Of a DNA stretch of 64,000 bases, positions 25,627 to 39,150 are shown one piece after another. Source of the DNA: Epiperipatus broadwayi (taxonomy: Eukaryota > Animalia > Onychophora); the NCBI GenBank assembly GCA_028023455.1, contig JAQFVV010000010.1, positions 124,001-188,000 on the forward strand. Reading direction: 5' to 3'. The position numbers were made by a program, and so were the translations under genes. Below the pieces are notes generated by a model. That model saw nothing but the letters and a program-made list of their open reading frames with translations, did no database searches and was not told the DNA's origin. Numbering within the stretch: position 1 is the first letter of the stretch; the number at the start of each line of letters is the position of its first letter.

Positions 25627-27826
25627 ATATATATGAGAAAGAAGTTCTGAGCAAAGTACTTGTTATTGTACTGAAATGTTAGCTATTTAGCTATTATATT
25701 TTTGCTACATGAAAGCTCCTGAAAATAATAATACTAAGAATTCATTATTTATCTATGAGAATATTAGAATTAATATATATATATATACTGTAACCCTCCA
25801 AACAAGCCATCACACAGGCTGGCAACATAATGACTATGGATTTTAGACACCACAAAATATGAATTCTCTTATAAACAAAATACAATATAATATTCATACA
25901 AATGATACAATCTCAAATTCTTATTACATTCTTATCATAGGTTCTTAGTAAAATCTTATCTCAGGACTTAGAATTTTTAATTTAAATCCTATACTGAGTT
26001 TTTACTTTATCAACATCTCAGAGTTTATGCATATATTTGATACAAGAAAATAATTATTGTAATAAACACTCAAATATTATTAAATGCAATAACCATTTAA
26101 GTTCTTATACATTAAATGTTTTATCTTTTTCCCATGGTTCTTAATCTTATATCTCATGTTTTAAAAATTAATGAAAAAGTGCAAATATAAAATACCTAAG
26201 TATCTGAATACTTCAGATAAAAATATGACTAGCAAATAAAACACTCTTCAAAGATTGTAAAATTCTTCTCATATGAATTTTCATCTTCACATAACATATA
26301 GACACACCTTATTTTAATATCTTTATGTATGAACTTGTACCAAGTTATAAAAAATAAAATAATGAAAGGATACTTTTATGCTACCACTACATAATTAAGC
26401 ACACTTCTAATAAAGATAAATCAACATAATATTTATTTTAAAATAATACAGAGTTTTAAAATAAATGATAAATAAATTGAAGAAACAAATTTAATGTGAC
26501 TTTTGAAATGTACTCATATATTATAATATTTAATAAAACTTTAATAAATTAAATTTTCTAAATAAATGGATGGATAATGGCAACAAAACAAACATATTTA
26601 AAGAATAGTAAAATATTTATTTGCATGATAATAATATTTTAATACAATAAAAGATTTTTACAAAAAGCAATAACTTTAATATTTTACAAATTATTCTAAC
26701 ATAAACATTTGTCTAATTTAAAATAAAATATATTCCCTTCTGAGTAATTTCTATAAATTTATAATTATGGCATTTATATTATTTAAGAAGTTCTCACATA
26801 TTTATTTTAAGATACTAACCATCTAACAATTATGTACTGAAAATATCACACATATATGCCTATGCACAGGCCACTAAAAATAATATTAAAAACTACAATA
26901 CTAGTGATGTTTAAAAATCAGTGTCGACACATAATTCTAATGACATTGCAAAGATAGCTGAATATAATGCAAAAACAATTATATAAGTTTAAATTTATTA
27001 ATGCATATAAGGTGTAAAGTAATAAAAAAGCTCAGTACTAACAATAAACTAACATCTCTAAACTCAAATTGTGGTAGAGCTAGCAAAAACAATTGCACAG
27101 ATGGGCATGCCATTAAATATTGTCACATAATAAAAGACATACTACTAATGTACAGTTAAAGTCAAATGGATATGGAGAAACAACTAAATAGTCATCTGAT
27201 AACTCAACCTGGAAGTATCAAAGCAAGTAAGCCACACACTCTCTCTCTCTCATGGAGAGGCTTAATAAATATACTAATAACGGAAACCATTCACATAAAA
27301 TGCACAAATTTATACCTGTCTCCAAGCAGCATATCAATTAATAAATGAAGTTGGCATAAATGTAAATGTGTTAATAATAAATGAACAGATAGCTTACACA
27401 CATTTCCATATGCACAATAATACATATACTTAGTCTAAAAATATATGCAAATTAATGCATACAATTACAAAGCAATATCAAATACCAAGAATTTTAATAG
27501 CTACCCCAACTCACATACTGACTCCCAAACATTTCATTCACACATGAATCAAATATAGAAAAGCTGTTTTACCCTGTGCACAATAATACATTTTATTATA
27601 TCAGGATATAAATTCTGAGAACTCTTAATAATTTGCAACTTTAAAAACCTTTTACCTAGATATTTTTTTATTAAATCCCTTTAAGGCATGTAGATTATTA
27701 TAAATATATTTTAGAAAATACCATATATAAAATAATAATTATAAATGAATGAATAATATAACTATAATAATACAATAAGAATAAGCATATACTAATTTTA
27801 TAAAACAATAAATATACATTACACTT

Positions 27827-28038
27827 GTATTTTTATATTGGACTATATCCATCACCTAATATGTATATTGAATGTCTTTAGAAAAATTTAACTTTATTTA
27901 AATATTCCAAATGCATTCAACTGTTAGTAATAGCACACTAACAGTTGAACGTATTTGGAATATTTAAACCAAGTTATTTTTTTCTAAAGACATTCAATAC
28001 ACATATTAGATGATGGAAATAGTCCAACATAAAAATAC
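27827..28038. repeat. 212-bp imperfect palindrome (MITE-like)
   Basis: Arms 27827-27928 and 27937-28038 are reverse complements around the loop aatagcac. Confidence 0.85.
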
Positions 28039-30345
28039 TACTAGAACACCATCATCACAAACCTTCAGAAAAACAATACATTACACTTGTTTCACCATAT
28101 TTAATTAAATTGAGGATTAAAATTTCTTTCAATATTTAAAATGAAATTAACTCTTTTTAATTGAGAAATCCTTAGGTTGTTCCATTTAGCAAAATGTAAC
28201 ACGGTTTTATTAATGTAGAAAAAATAAATAAATGAAAGCAGGAGTTTCTTGAAAAGAAAAATGTCCACAATTTTAATTTTTAAATGGAGAGAAGCAGATA
28301 GCAGTATAAAGAGATTAATGACAAACAGGTAACAAACATTTCCATAATAAACCTGAAATATTATTTTTGACAATATTAAAACATGAAAACTTCAAATTAT
28401 TTCTTTTCTTTCATAGAGCAATAAAATATACTTTCAATAAATAAATAAATGAATTACGAAGAAATGAATTTTTATGATGCTAGAATATTATCTTATTCAT
28501 ATAGGAAGTAATACAGATATACAATGTCTTTTCCAAAATATTAAGAAAATCAATCTGGATAACATCCTTTTTAATGATAATTATATCAAATAATTTCAAA
28601 TGACTGCATTTTATTTTATTTTTTAAGTTCATGATAGCTTTAAAAGAACTCATTACTGCATTTATTTGGCTAATTAAAGATATAATAATTCTTATGAACA
28701 GTTCCTGGTATAATAATAACTGTATTTCAATTATTAATTTGTCTGCATAAATTACTTTTCTTCTAAAATAAAACATTTAATTGAATATAAAAGATATCAT
28801 TTAATATTAACAATTAGCTTATGTAACTAATTAAAACTTGATAGACTATTAATAAAATGTTTTTTTAGTCAAGAATTCAAAATTAACTAAAAGTTTACAG
28901 AAATGGTAAATTAAATATATGAATAACTTTACATCTTAGCGATCATGAAAGCATGTTATATTAAGAACATTCTGAGTTTCCCTCATAATAGTACAGTTTT
29001 TTACATTTTTCAATGATCTATTGCTTACAAACAGATGAACATGTATTGGGAGAATAAACTTGCTTGAAAAATTTAGATTTTATTTGAACAGTATTTAACT
29101 GATAAAATTATAACTATTTAAAAATTATTAATTAAGTTGAATGGGAAAAAAAAATTTGAGATGTAATTGCAAAGAGTCAGCAGAAGAGGAAATTTTATTT
29201 TTATTTTTATTTTTTTAAACATGTGTATATCTGTTCTTTTTATTGCAGTCTGTCACTTTACTTAATCAATCAGAGATGAATATTGGGGTGGATCTTTTAA
29301 AATTAATTATCAATTGTAACCTTTTATTAACCTTGTTGCAAATTTATAGATTTGACCTTGAACTTTTACTAATTAAGATACCTAAGAATAGATTTAAACA
29401 TATGATAACTAGATAGTGGTAATAATTACTTTTATTAACTTTATCTTAACTATTTAATAACAACTATTTATCTAATTTAAAACAAATATATTTTATTTAA
29501 AATACACTTCTTTTGCCCAAGAGTTCATAAGACATTATTATTAAACCACTTAAAATACATTTTATAAAATATATTACTTTTAAAGATAATTAATGCTTTT
29601 AAACAACCCATTTTAAAATTCTTAATCTTTTAAGACACATGCACAAATATTTGCACGTACATGTATACTAGACATGAGTGAGGAAATGATTCAAAAAACT
29701 AAAATTTACTGCAAATTAATAATCAATATTTTAAAGACAGCAACCAAAATTTACTTACTAAAACTCATTTAAAATGAAACCCATTTCAAATTTGTGTTCC
29801 CTAAGCTTAACCTATTAAATTCTAATTTAACTAATACTTTATTAACTGCTATTTTAAATTCATTTTAACACAGATTAATAAAACTATTTTATCAAATAAC
29901 AAAACAAACTCTAATACAATCAATTCAAATTATAAAACACTTTAAACAAACTTTTTATCCAAGTTTAACCCATTAAATTTGGACTTTAAGCAATTATTAA
30001 ATCAGTTAATTGATATTTTTTTAACAATCATCATTCAAATTTATTTAATAAAGATATTTTATTAATATTTTAGAGTGACGAGTTAAGATTTTACATAGCT
30101 TAAAAATAGTAGTTTTTTTTATTACAGGATATTTGAGTAAAAAATGTTTAAAGTACTGTCTATTATATTTAACCTTTATGGGCTAAATATAGGGTTACAA
30201 TAAACTTATTTGAATTACATACAGTTCACTTATAAATAAATTTATTAAAGATACTGGTTTATATTTATTACATAGCATGTAATTTAAATGTTGATTTATT
30301 CCTATTTATATAGTCATTAAATTTGTTAGATTTGAAATATATTAC

Positions 30346-30430
30346 CTCCATTCAAAACTCACAATCTTAAAAACTCCTGAAGGTTGAAAAGTTACCTTCA
30401 ATGCCAGAAATTTAAAACCAATGGTACCAC
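30346..30430 (-). CDS. Candidate internal exon (G|GTIGFKFLALKVTFQPSGVFKIVSFEW|R)
   Basis: Acceptor ttatttatttattcAG, donor GAG/GTaata, open frame across 85 nt. Confidence 0.4.
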
Positions 30431-32160
30431 CTGAATAAATAAATAAAATTTGGACAAACTGAATTAAAAATATATAGGAAAATAATGTTTATTAGGAGAA
30501 AGAGTTTATTTAGGATAAACATTTTAAGAAAAAGAATAAAGATTAATTTAGTAATAAATATGTTAAGACTTGATATTTCAATACTATTGGTATAGAATAT
30601 GAATAACTTTGCTAATGAAAATTTATAGGATTATAAATATTGTTTTCCAGACAGGACTTTTAGAGTAAAATGATATTTTAAGAGTATATATGTCACAAGC
30701 AAAAGATGACTAATTGAGATAAGTGTGCTTATATGGAATGCATTTGATATCGGTTGGTTCTTATGAAAAGTAAATTACAATAAATACATGTTTATTTTCT
30801 ACCTAAAATAAATAATAACAATTATTCCAGAATTTAATAACATATTAAATTTAAAATCAATAAATTTCTCTGGTTATTCTTATAGATGTATGGCAATAAT
30901 CTTGATTTATTCTTAATTACATATATTCTATTGTGATATTTTGCATAAAGAACTGCTTTAATACAAATTAAAAATAAGGCAAGAAAATTAACTATCTCTC
31001 AGTCCTAATTAAATATAATGTTCAATGAATTAATTCTCAAGGTTTTTTACTAAATCAATCTTAATCATTCATTTAAGTTATTCTAAATATGGTGAATGTA
31101 AAAGGGATTTATTATACATTACCCTACACCACTAATTTGTATTTCAGATAACAATAGTAATAATAAATGGTATAAATAAATTTAATAAATGAATCTTTTA
31201 TTTAATAGCTAAGAAGTATGATCTTTTATTTCACAATATGTACAGATGATGATTTCTATAATAACAAACAGATGTATTTAAATATAACAATTACTTTATT
31301 ATATATAACAAGTATATAAACAAAATTACAAAAATATAAGTGAATAATAAACATAGTTTAATAATAAAATTCTGTAATAATATTAATATATATTATTGTT
31401 TGTTCTCCATGAATAAACTAATCTCGGGTTATAATCACGTGTATAAATCTAAAATGTTGCTAAGGTACTTTATTGGAGAAGAATGAGCAATATTAAACCA
31501 AAAGCTAATCTTATTTATAGGAGTATAAGAATGTTTTATAATGACTTTAATTATTTTTGTAACAATAATTAATAGAATATCAATCTCATTCTATATTTGG
31601 AGCAAGAAAAATTATTTACTTAATCATCCTAAATTCTGTACAAAATACATAGCTTCATTAATTATGAAATTCATCCTTTTTACTAGAATGGCTTGCTTCT
31701 TATCTTATATATAAAGTTCAAGTAATTAGTTAGGAGTACATCGCAATTAACAAATATGACTTATTTTACTAATACTATGGGAATGCTGTATTGCATAGTA
31801 TAGCATTTCAAATTATGCAAATATCATAGGCACTATACAGATAGCTATCTATTAATATTTTGCTGAATTCAAGGACTAATAAACATTAAGTCAGTTAAAC
31901 ATGAATAGATTTACTGAAGTTTATAAGTTAGTTTAACTAAATGCAATCTGTTTTGAATATAAAATATAAATCATATATATTACACTCATAGCCAATACAA
32001 TTAATAATAATATAAAATTATTACCTGTATTTTTAAATCTCAGCATTATCATGAAAACTTTATTATTTATTTATTACTACTCCAATAATAACTATAAACT
32101 AAATAATTCAACAATTATAAACAAAATTTATTGAGTAACTTCTCAAATGTGTAAACCTAC

Positions 32161-32231
32161 TTTCATGAATGGTTTAGCATATCCTTGGAAATATTTACAC
32201 TTTTGCAAAGTATTCCAACATTTATAATTTG
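32161..32231 (-). CDS. Candidate internal exon (NYKCWNTLQKCKYFQGYAKPFMK)
   Basis: Acceptor tatttaattgccAG, donor AAA/GTaggt, open 71-nt frame. Confidence 0.35.
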
Positions 32232-33898
32232 CTGGCAATTAAATAATATAAGCACTAAACATTAAATTAAAAGCACAATGTAATTCATTTCACAGGTTTA
32301 AATCTATAGTATATTGATTGTAAGAGATTTAATAAAGCACACTTAGTAATCCTACTCCGGATTGCATAGTTAGCACATAAATCCATTTAAGAATGTCTTC
32401 TGATCAATGCATGATTTTTTTATTACATTTTCATATTATAGCATTCATAATCATAAATCTATTTTTATAAAATTGATATTAAATTGTAGTTTCATGCAAA
32501 GTGAGTAGTTTCATCCTTTAGAGAATATTTGCAGACTAATATCCTTATGGTTGGCATTTATCACATAGTTTAAAAGTAGTAGATTAATAATCCTTCGGTT
32601 TAAACATATTTAATTTATTTTGCTATAGTTTATGCTATTTTAATAATTTATAAGATCTAGCAAATAAATCATAATCCATAGACTGAGTTAACTTTATTGA
32701 TCTTAATTAGAAATTAAGAGGTTCTACAAAGCTTAAAATTTATATATTGATTTAGATGCATATTTTAAAAAGTGTTCATTTTCATTAAAGCATAGGGATG
32801 TAATCAATATAGTTTCCAAACAAGTTTCTTCAAAATTATTTTGAAATAAGAGACAAATGATTTGATTGATGTTATGAGTTTCCCATAAGTAATTTTCCAA
32901 AATTCCATTAATTGTTGAAGATAATAAATTGGATTTTCTTTAAAGTGGTATTTGGTGATTGTTGTGGTTGTGGTAGTTTATTTAATTCAAGGAGAAGATA
33001 TATTTTGCCAGTGAAGCAAAATGTCAAGAGTGAATTGTCTCCTCTGCCATTATGGAGAAGTTGATCAAAATAGCTATTCTAATATGACCATCTTTCGAAA
33101 CAGAGAATAATAATTATTAACTAACTTTCAATGGAGATAAATAAAATCCCCACTTTAAATATTTTAAAAATGCTATTTGGCTTCTTAAATCACTGTTTTG
33201 AAATAATATATTGATAGATAATGACCGATTGCTACGTACTCATTATTATCATGATTCTATATATGTTATAAATTGCATTATATTTTGCGAGGTACATCAA
33301 TTATTATAATTTATGACTTTTGACATCTGTTAGTTAGAAGTGATATTCTAGCCAGAAATGATATTAAAGTATATTTGTTAATGGTTATTAATGCCCATCA
33401 AATATATGTCCCTCCTTAATTACAAATATATATATGCAGATTCAGTATTTTAGCTTGGATTATAATTTAAGTCTTTTTCGTTAGCATAATTATAATGCTA
33501 GTTTAACAACTGGGTTGTGTTGGTTTGGCAGATAGAAGCTATCTGTTTTAGGCACAATTATTTAATTATATGAATACCTATTGGTCTTTTGTGTGTGTGT
33601 GTTGTGTTGCGAGTGTGTCTTTATAAAGTGTGCATTAGCATGTTTACATTTTGCTACACCTTTTAAAATGAATTCCCTGTGACCAACTGCCTTAGTTCAT
33701 GTGTGGCTATCTTTATTAGAACTGGAACATGAGGGTCCAGATCATTTTCACAAAGCCTATCTGCATTCCTGAACTTATATATTCACATATTCATTGCAGC
33801 AAACTGTCCAGTCTCAGAGCAACTGAGCATTTGATGCTGAAGCTCTTGAATAATTACTCGCACCGCAAACTTATTCTTTAGTATTTTATATAGTGCCC

Positions 33899-33901
<3 letters not shown>

Positions 33902-33945
<44 letters not shown>
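33902..33945. repeat. (TA)22 microsatellite
   Basis: Read directly; abuts the putative RTE 5' end. Confidence 0.95.
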
Positions 33946-33946
<1 letters not shown>

Positions 33947-36900
33947 CTGCAGAAAGAAGTTTGCTATTAACTGAAAGGAGACCCTTTGATTCCTCTTGGA
34001 GGCCTTAAAGGAACCAAGCAGGGCAAATTCCTAATGTCCACTCCATACGTTCTTGTCATTGCAGCTGTTATTACTATGTGATTATTCATATGGTATACAA
34101 ACATGGATGGGCTGCTCACCAACATGCATTAGCCAGGGTGGTGAGTTTATTGGCTTTTTCATTCTGAGTTTAAGAATATTTTTTCAATATATACAATCAT
34201 GACAGACAAAAATAAATCATGGCCCTTATTCCCAGGAGGCTGTAAAGTCACCAACCAAGGCAGCAGTTGGTGGCTGAAGGCGGAGGGTGCGAAGAATCCC
34301 CTGATAATAGACTCAGGCTGCCATTTGATGATGACTTTTTATTTAGGTATTTACAACTGCAGATCACTTTCAAGTAAAGGAAGGTTGCAAGAGTTAGAAG
34401 AAGAACTGTCTTATATTAAATGGGATATTATTGGACTTTGTGAAATTAGAAGAAAAGGTGAAGAAACAATTGATTTAAAAAGTGGACATATACTCTACTA
34501 TAAAGGCACAAATATTGGAAATACAAGTGGAGTAGGATTCATTATAAATAAAAAATGGAAGAATAACATTGTGGAGATTGATGGTGTATCAGACAGAGTA
34601 GCAAGATTAGTTTTACAACTTAATAGCAGATACCAAATGCAGATAATTCAGGTTTAGGCCCCAACAAGTTCTCATAGTGATGAAGTTATAGAAGATTTTT
34701 ATATGGATGTACAAAAGGCTTTTGATCAGAGCAAACAACATTTTAAAATTGTTATGGGAGACTTTAATGCTAGAATTGGTAAACAAATGAAAGATGAAAA
34801 TGCTGTAGGTAGTTTTGGTTATGGTAATAGAAATGAGAGAGGACATAGACTTGTGGAGTTTGCAGAAAAAGAAAAACTTTATATTATGAATTCTTTTTTT
34901 GGGCAAAATGTTAAAAGGAAATGGACATGGAAGCATCCAAATGAAGGTATAGCAGAATTGGATTATATTTTGACTAACTGAAAATACATATTTCAAGATT
35001 GTAATGTTCTTAATAAATTTAACACAGGAAGTGATCACCAATTAGTAAGATGTTAGATACATGTTAATGCAAAACTAGACAGACAAAAATTATTAAGAAA
35101 AACAATATTTACAGTTGATATTTTTAATCTTCAGAAACATTCTAATGAATTTAAATTAGAACTTACAAATCAGTTTCAAGTATTAGTAGATTTTGAACAT
35201 GATTCAGATTTGAATGACATTAATAGGAAAATAAGTGATACACTTTTAAAAACTGCAACAAAGATAGCTGGTAGAAAAAAGCAGCGATTGACCAGTAAAA
35301 TTTCTACTGAGACTAGAGAATTTATGAAGAAAAGAAGGAATATGAGGATATACACAATGATGCATTAAAAAAGATTGAATATCTTGATTTTGTAAAATGG
35401 TGTGGAAAAGAGTTGAAAATGATATAAGAAAGTATAATTGTGAACTAGCAAGGAAAGCTGTAGAAGAGAATAAAAGTCTAAAGAGTGTAAAACAACATTT
35501 TGGTATTGGTAGGAAATTTATATCTGCAATAAGAAAAAAAGATGGCATTATTACTAAAAAGAGAGATGACATCATAAAATGTGTAGAAGACTTCTATCAA
35601 GAATTATATAGTAATAAAGAACAAGTGCCTCCCATACATATTATATCTTCTGAATTGCCCAGAATTTTGAATGAGGAAGTGACACATGCAATTAAATATA
35701 TGAAGAAAGGGAAGGCTCCAGGTGATGATGGAATTGTAATTGATAAAGAAGCAGATGAAGAAATAGAATTTTTTTTAGCAAAGTTATATACCAAATGTCT
35801 AAATGATAAAGACATACCAGATGATTGGAAGAATGCAGTATTAATATTAATATTTAAAAAAGGTGATAAAGAAGATATTAGAAATTACAGACCTATCAGT
35901 CTTTTATCAGTTTTATACAAAATTTTTACTAAGATAATTACAACTTGTCTACAGAAAACATTGGATTTCTACCAACCAAGAGAACAAGCTGGATTTAAAA
36001 GTGGTTTTAGTACAGTAGATCATATCCAGATATAGAAAGGACAAATGAATATGAGTTGCCATTATGCTTAGGATTTGTAGACTATGAAAAGGCATTTGAT
36101 TCTATAAACATTTCTTCAGTGATTAAAGCATTGGATCATCAAGATGTAGATCCAGGATATTGTCATATTTTGAATAATATTTATAAAAATGCAACAGTAA
36201 CAATTAGAATACATAATGATAATAGGACAATCAACATTGAAAAGGGTGTAAGACAGGGGGACTCCATATCTCCAAAACTTTTTACAGCAGTGCTGCAAGA
36301 AATATTTTGTGGATTAAAATGGGAAGCTAAAGGAGTGAAAGTAAATGGAGATTATTTAAGTCATTTAGATTTTTCAGATGATGTAGTTGTTTTTGCAAAT
36401 AATGCTTTAGAGCTACAGGAAATGTTGCAGGAGTTATCAGATGAAAGTAGGAAAGTAGGACTAAAGATAAATGTTAAAAAGACTAAAGTAATGTTTAATA
36501 GATTTTCTCAAAATATGAAAATAAAGATTGATTACGATGAGTTAGAAGAAGTTAACAGTTACAAATACCTTGGTCAGATTATTAATAAAGATGGAAATAT
36601 AATGGATGAAATTAATCATAGAATTAAACTTGGTTGGAGTGCTTTTGATAGAAATAACTTGATACTAAAAGGAAATATGCCTATATGTTTGAAAAGGAAG
36701 GTTTTTAATAAATGTGTTTTGCCAGCTTTTACTTATGGATCTGAGACTTGGACACTTAATAAAAGAGCAATACAGAGACTTCAGACCACTCAAAAAAGTA
36801 TGGAGAGATGCATGTTGGGAGGAACAAGAAGGGATCGCAATGTATGGGTAAGAGAACAAACAGGTGTTACTGACCTCAGTGAAAAAATTAAAAGACAAGT

Positions 36901-37140
36901 GGAGTTGGGCTGGACATATTGTTAGAAGAGATGATAACAGATGAACAATTGAAATTTTAAACTGGATTCCAGGAGTTTGTAAAAGACCCAGAAAGAGACC
37001 ACATGTGAGATGGATGGATGAAATAAGAAAGTGTGCAAGGGTGATATGGAGAAGAGAAGCTAAAGATAGGAAAAGATGGATTGAACTTGGAGAGATCTTC
37101 ATCCTGCAGTGGATTGATAATTTTTGATGATGATGATGAT
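33946..37140 (+). mobile_element. Full-length, inactivated RTE-clade non-LTR retrotransposon
   Basis: APE motifs (YNCRSL, GLCEIRR, MGDFNARIG, LDYIL, SDH) and RT motifs (YRPISLLS, VDYEKAFD, GVRQGDSISP, FSDD, YKYLG); (GAT)n 3' tail; ~3.2 kb length. Confidence 0.92.
34199..37070 (+). pseudogene. Endonuclease-reverse transcriptase ORF broken by stops and frameshifts
   Basis: Pieces 34199-34657, 34703-34981, 35397-36035 and 36056-36925. TAG at 34655 stands where the 63 kb copy has TAT. Confidence 0.9.
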
Positions 37141-37960
37141 ATATATATATATGTGTGTGTGAATCAAAGGTAATCAGTTCTTTTCCTCCTTATTAATTAA
37201 TTATTCAGCATTAGACTGAAGTGCCAATCTTGTTTACCAAATTGAATTGCATTATCTGGAGCTTATTTATTTGCTCACTATTAACGTATATATCAGCCAT
37301 CTTAGAGCTGTATTCATCATCTTTGCTAGGCTATTAACTTATAACATTAGCAAACCATGAGCAGTATGACAGGTATATTACATGATTAGGCATAATTTAT
37401 CAACCATACATAAACTTATTTTAACATGTTGAGATAAGACTGCTGTATTGATAATAGTTATGTCCACTATGTAAATGCCTTCCTGTGGATCACCTATTTA
37501 ATGCTATATAATCCTTGCCACCTTGTTACTTTATTCTATGTTGTTTGTTATTGTTTAAATAAAACAAGTTTAAAATACAAAATTTGTTTCATGTTTTTCT
37601 TGTTTGTAGTTCTAGTCTAATCCACATTATCTGATTCCAATTTTTAATAATTTATATGTTGAACATACATTGTTTTAGTTACTATAATAGTTTGTTAAGT
37701 GGTCTGTTCCACCCATTGGGTTAAATTAGCTATCCCTTGAGTCTCATGTTTTTCCCTGTTCAAAGCTAGCTTGTAGGTAAAATTGGGACTTGAGTGTGAT
37801 CTCAGAAATGTCACTCATAAGGTGTTAAATCACAAAATACTAGCAAATAAGTTGAAGTTTGGTTGGTTTAGAGGTCTCACCACCTCACTTTGGTCAGCTT
37901 TGGTGTACTTTGCCTGGACTCTGGATTTTGTTGCATGAATGTACAAATCTGACTGTTACA

Positions 37961-39150
37961 GTATTAAGATAGCCAATCTTCATACTTTAATGGACAGGCT
38001 TCAATCCATTCCACATTCCAACTCTTCAACTGTCCATCCAATTGAAAATCTGATGATGGAACACTCAAAGGCCACCCTGAGGCTGAGATTCTCATCACAC
38101 CCATGTTGACCTAAAGTTAAACTTATCTCTCATGTACAGGGCATAATACATTTAATACATATACAAGGGATGGGCAGACATCTTTATTATATAATAACTG
38201 AAATACAGGCTTATTATATTGTATTAATATATGTAATATATAGAGTATATGACCACAGACTTTCATACGACCCACCACTCTCCACTCTATCTCAAAACAC
38301 TGATACACTTGAACACATATATATCGAAAGATAAATAATCACCAATATATATATATATATATATATATTATGCTAAACCAGCAATCATCAATTGGTCCAG
38401 ATTATCATCTCTAAACATACATGCAATAAGTGCTCAGATATATATATATTAAGATAGCCAATTTTCATACTTAAATGGACAGGCTCCATTAAAGTATATA
38501 GATTGGCTATCTTAATATATATCTGAGCACTTGTTGCATGTATGTGTAGAGATGATAATCTGGCCAACTGATGATTGCTGATTTAACATGAAATAAGTAT
38601 ATTGGTGGTTATTTATTTTTTCAACATATATGTGTTCAAATGTATCAGTATTATGAGATAGAATGGAGAGTTGTGGGTCATGTGAAAGTCTGTGCTCATA
38701 TACCCTATATATTACATATTGTGATACAGGTATATAATAAGCCTGTATTTCAGTTATTACATAATAGAGATGTCTGCCAATCTCTCGTACATATGTATTA
38801 AATGGATTGTTCTGTACATGAGGGGTCAGATTGACTTTAGATCAACATGAATGTGATGAGAATCTTGGCTTTGGGGTGGCCTTTGAATGTTCCATCATCA
38901 GATTTACAATTGGATGGATGGTTGAAGTGTTGGAGTGTGGAGTGGATTGAAGTCTGTCCATTAAAGTATGAAGATTGGCTATCTTAATATATATCTGAGC
39001 AGTTATTGCATATATGTGTAGAGATGATAATCTGGACTAATTGATGATTGCTGGTTTAGCATAAAATACATATATTGGTGATTATTTATCTTTTTGACAT
39101 ATATGTATTCAAGTGTATCAGTGTTGTGAGATAGAGTGGATAGTGGTGGG
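37961..39150. repeat. Family-1 foldback: ~520 bp inverted arms around a 5-nt loop at 38480-38484
   Basis: Centre atacttaaatgga-caggc-tccattaaagtat; each arm carries slightly more than one ~470-485 bp monomer. Confidence 0.9.

Noticed and set aside
34613-37102. Several minus-strand ORFs over the RTE
   Set aside because: Antisense shadows of the RTE coding frame with no independent motifs.
37693-37960. Possible solo LTR (TGT...ACA)
   Set aside because: No matching TSD and no longer terminal inverted repeat.
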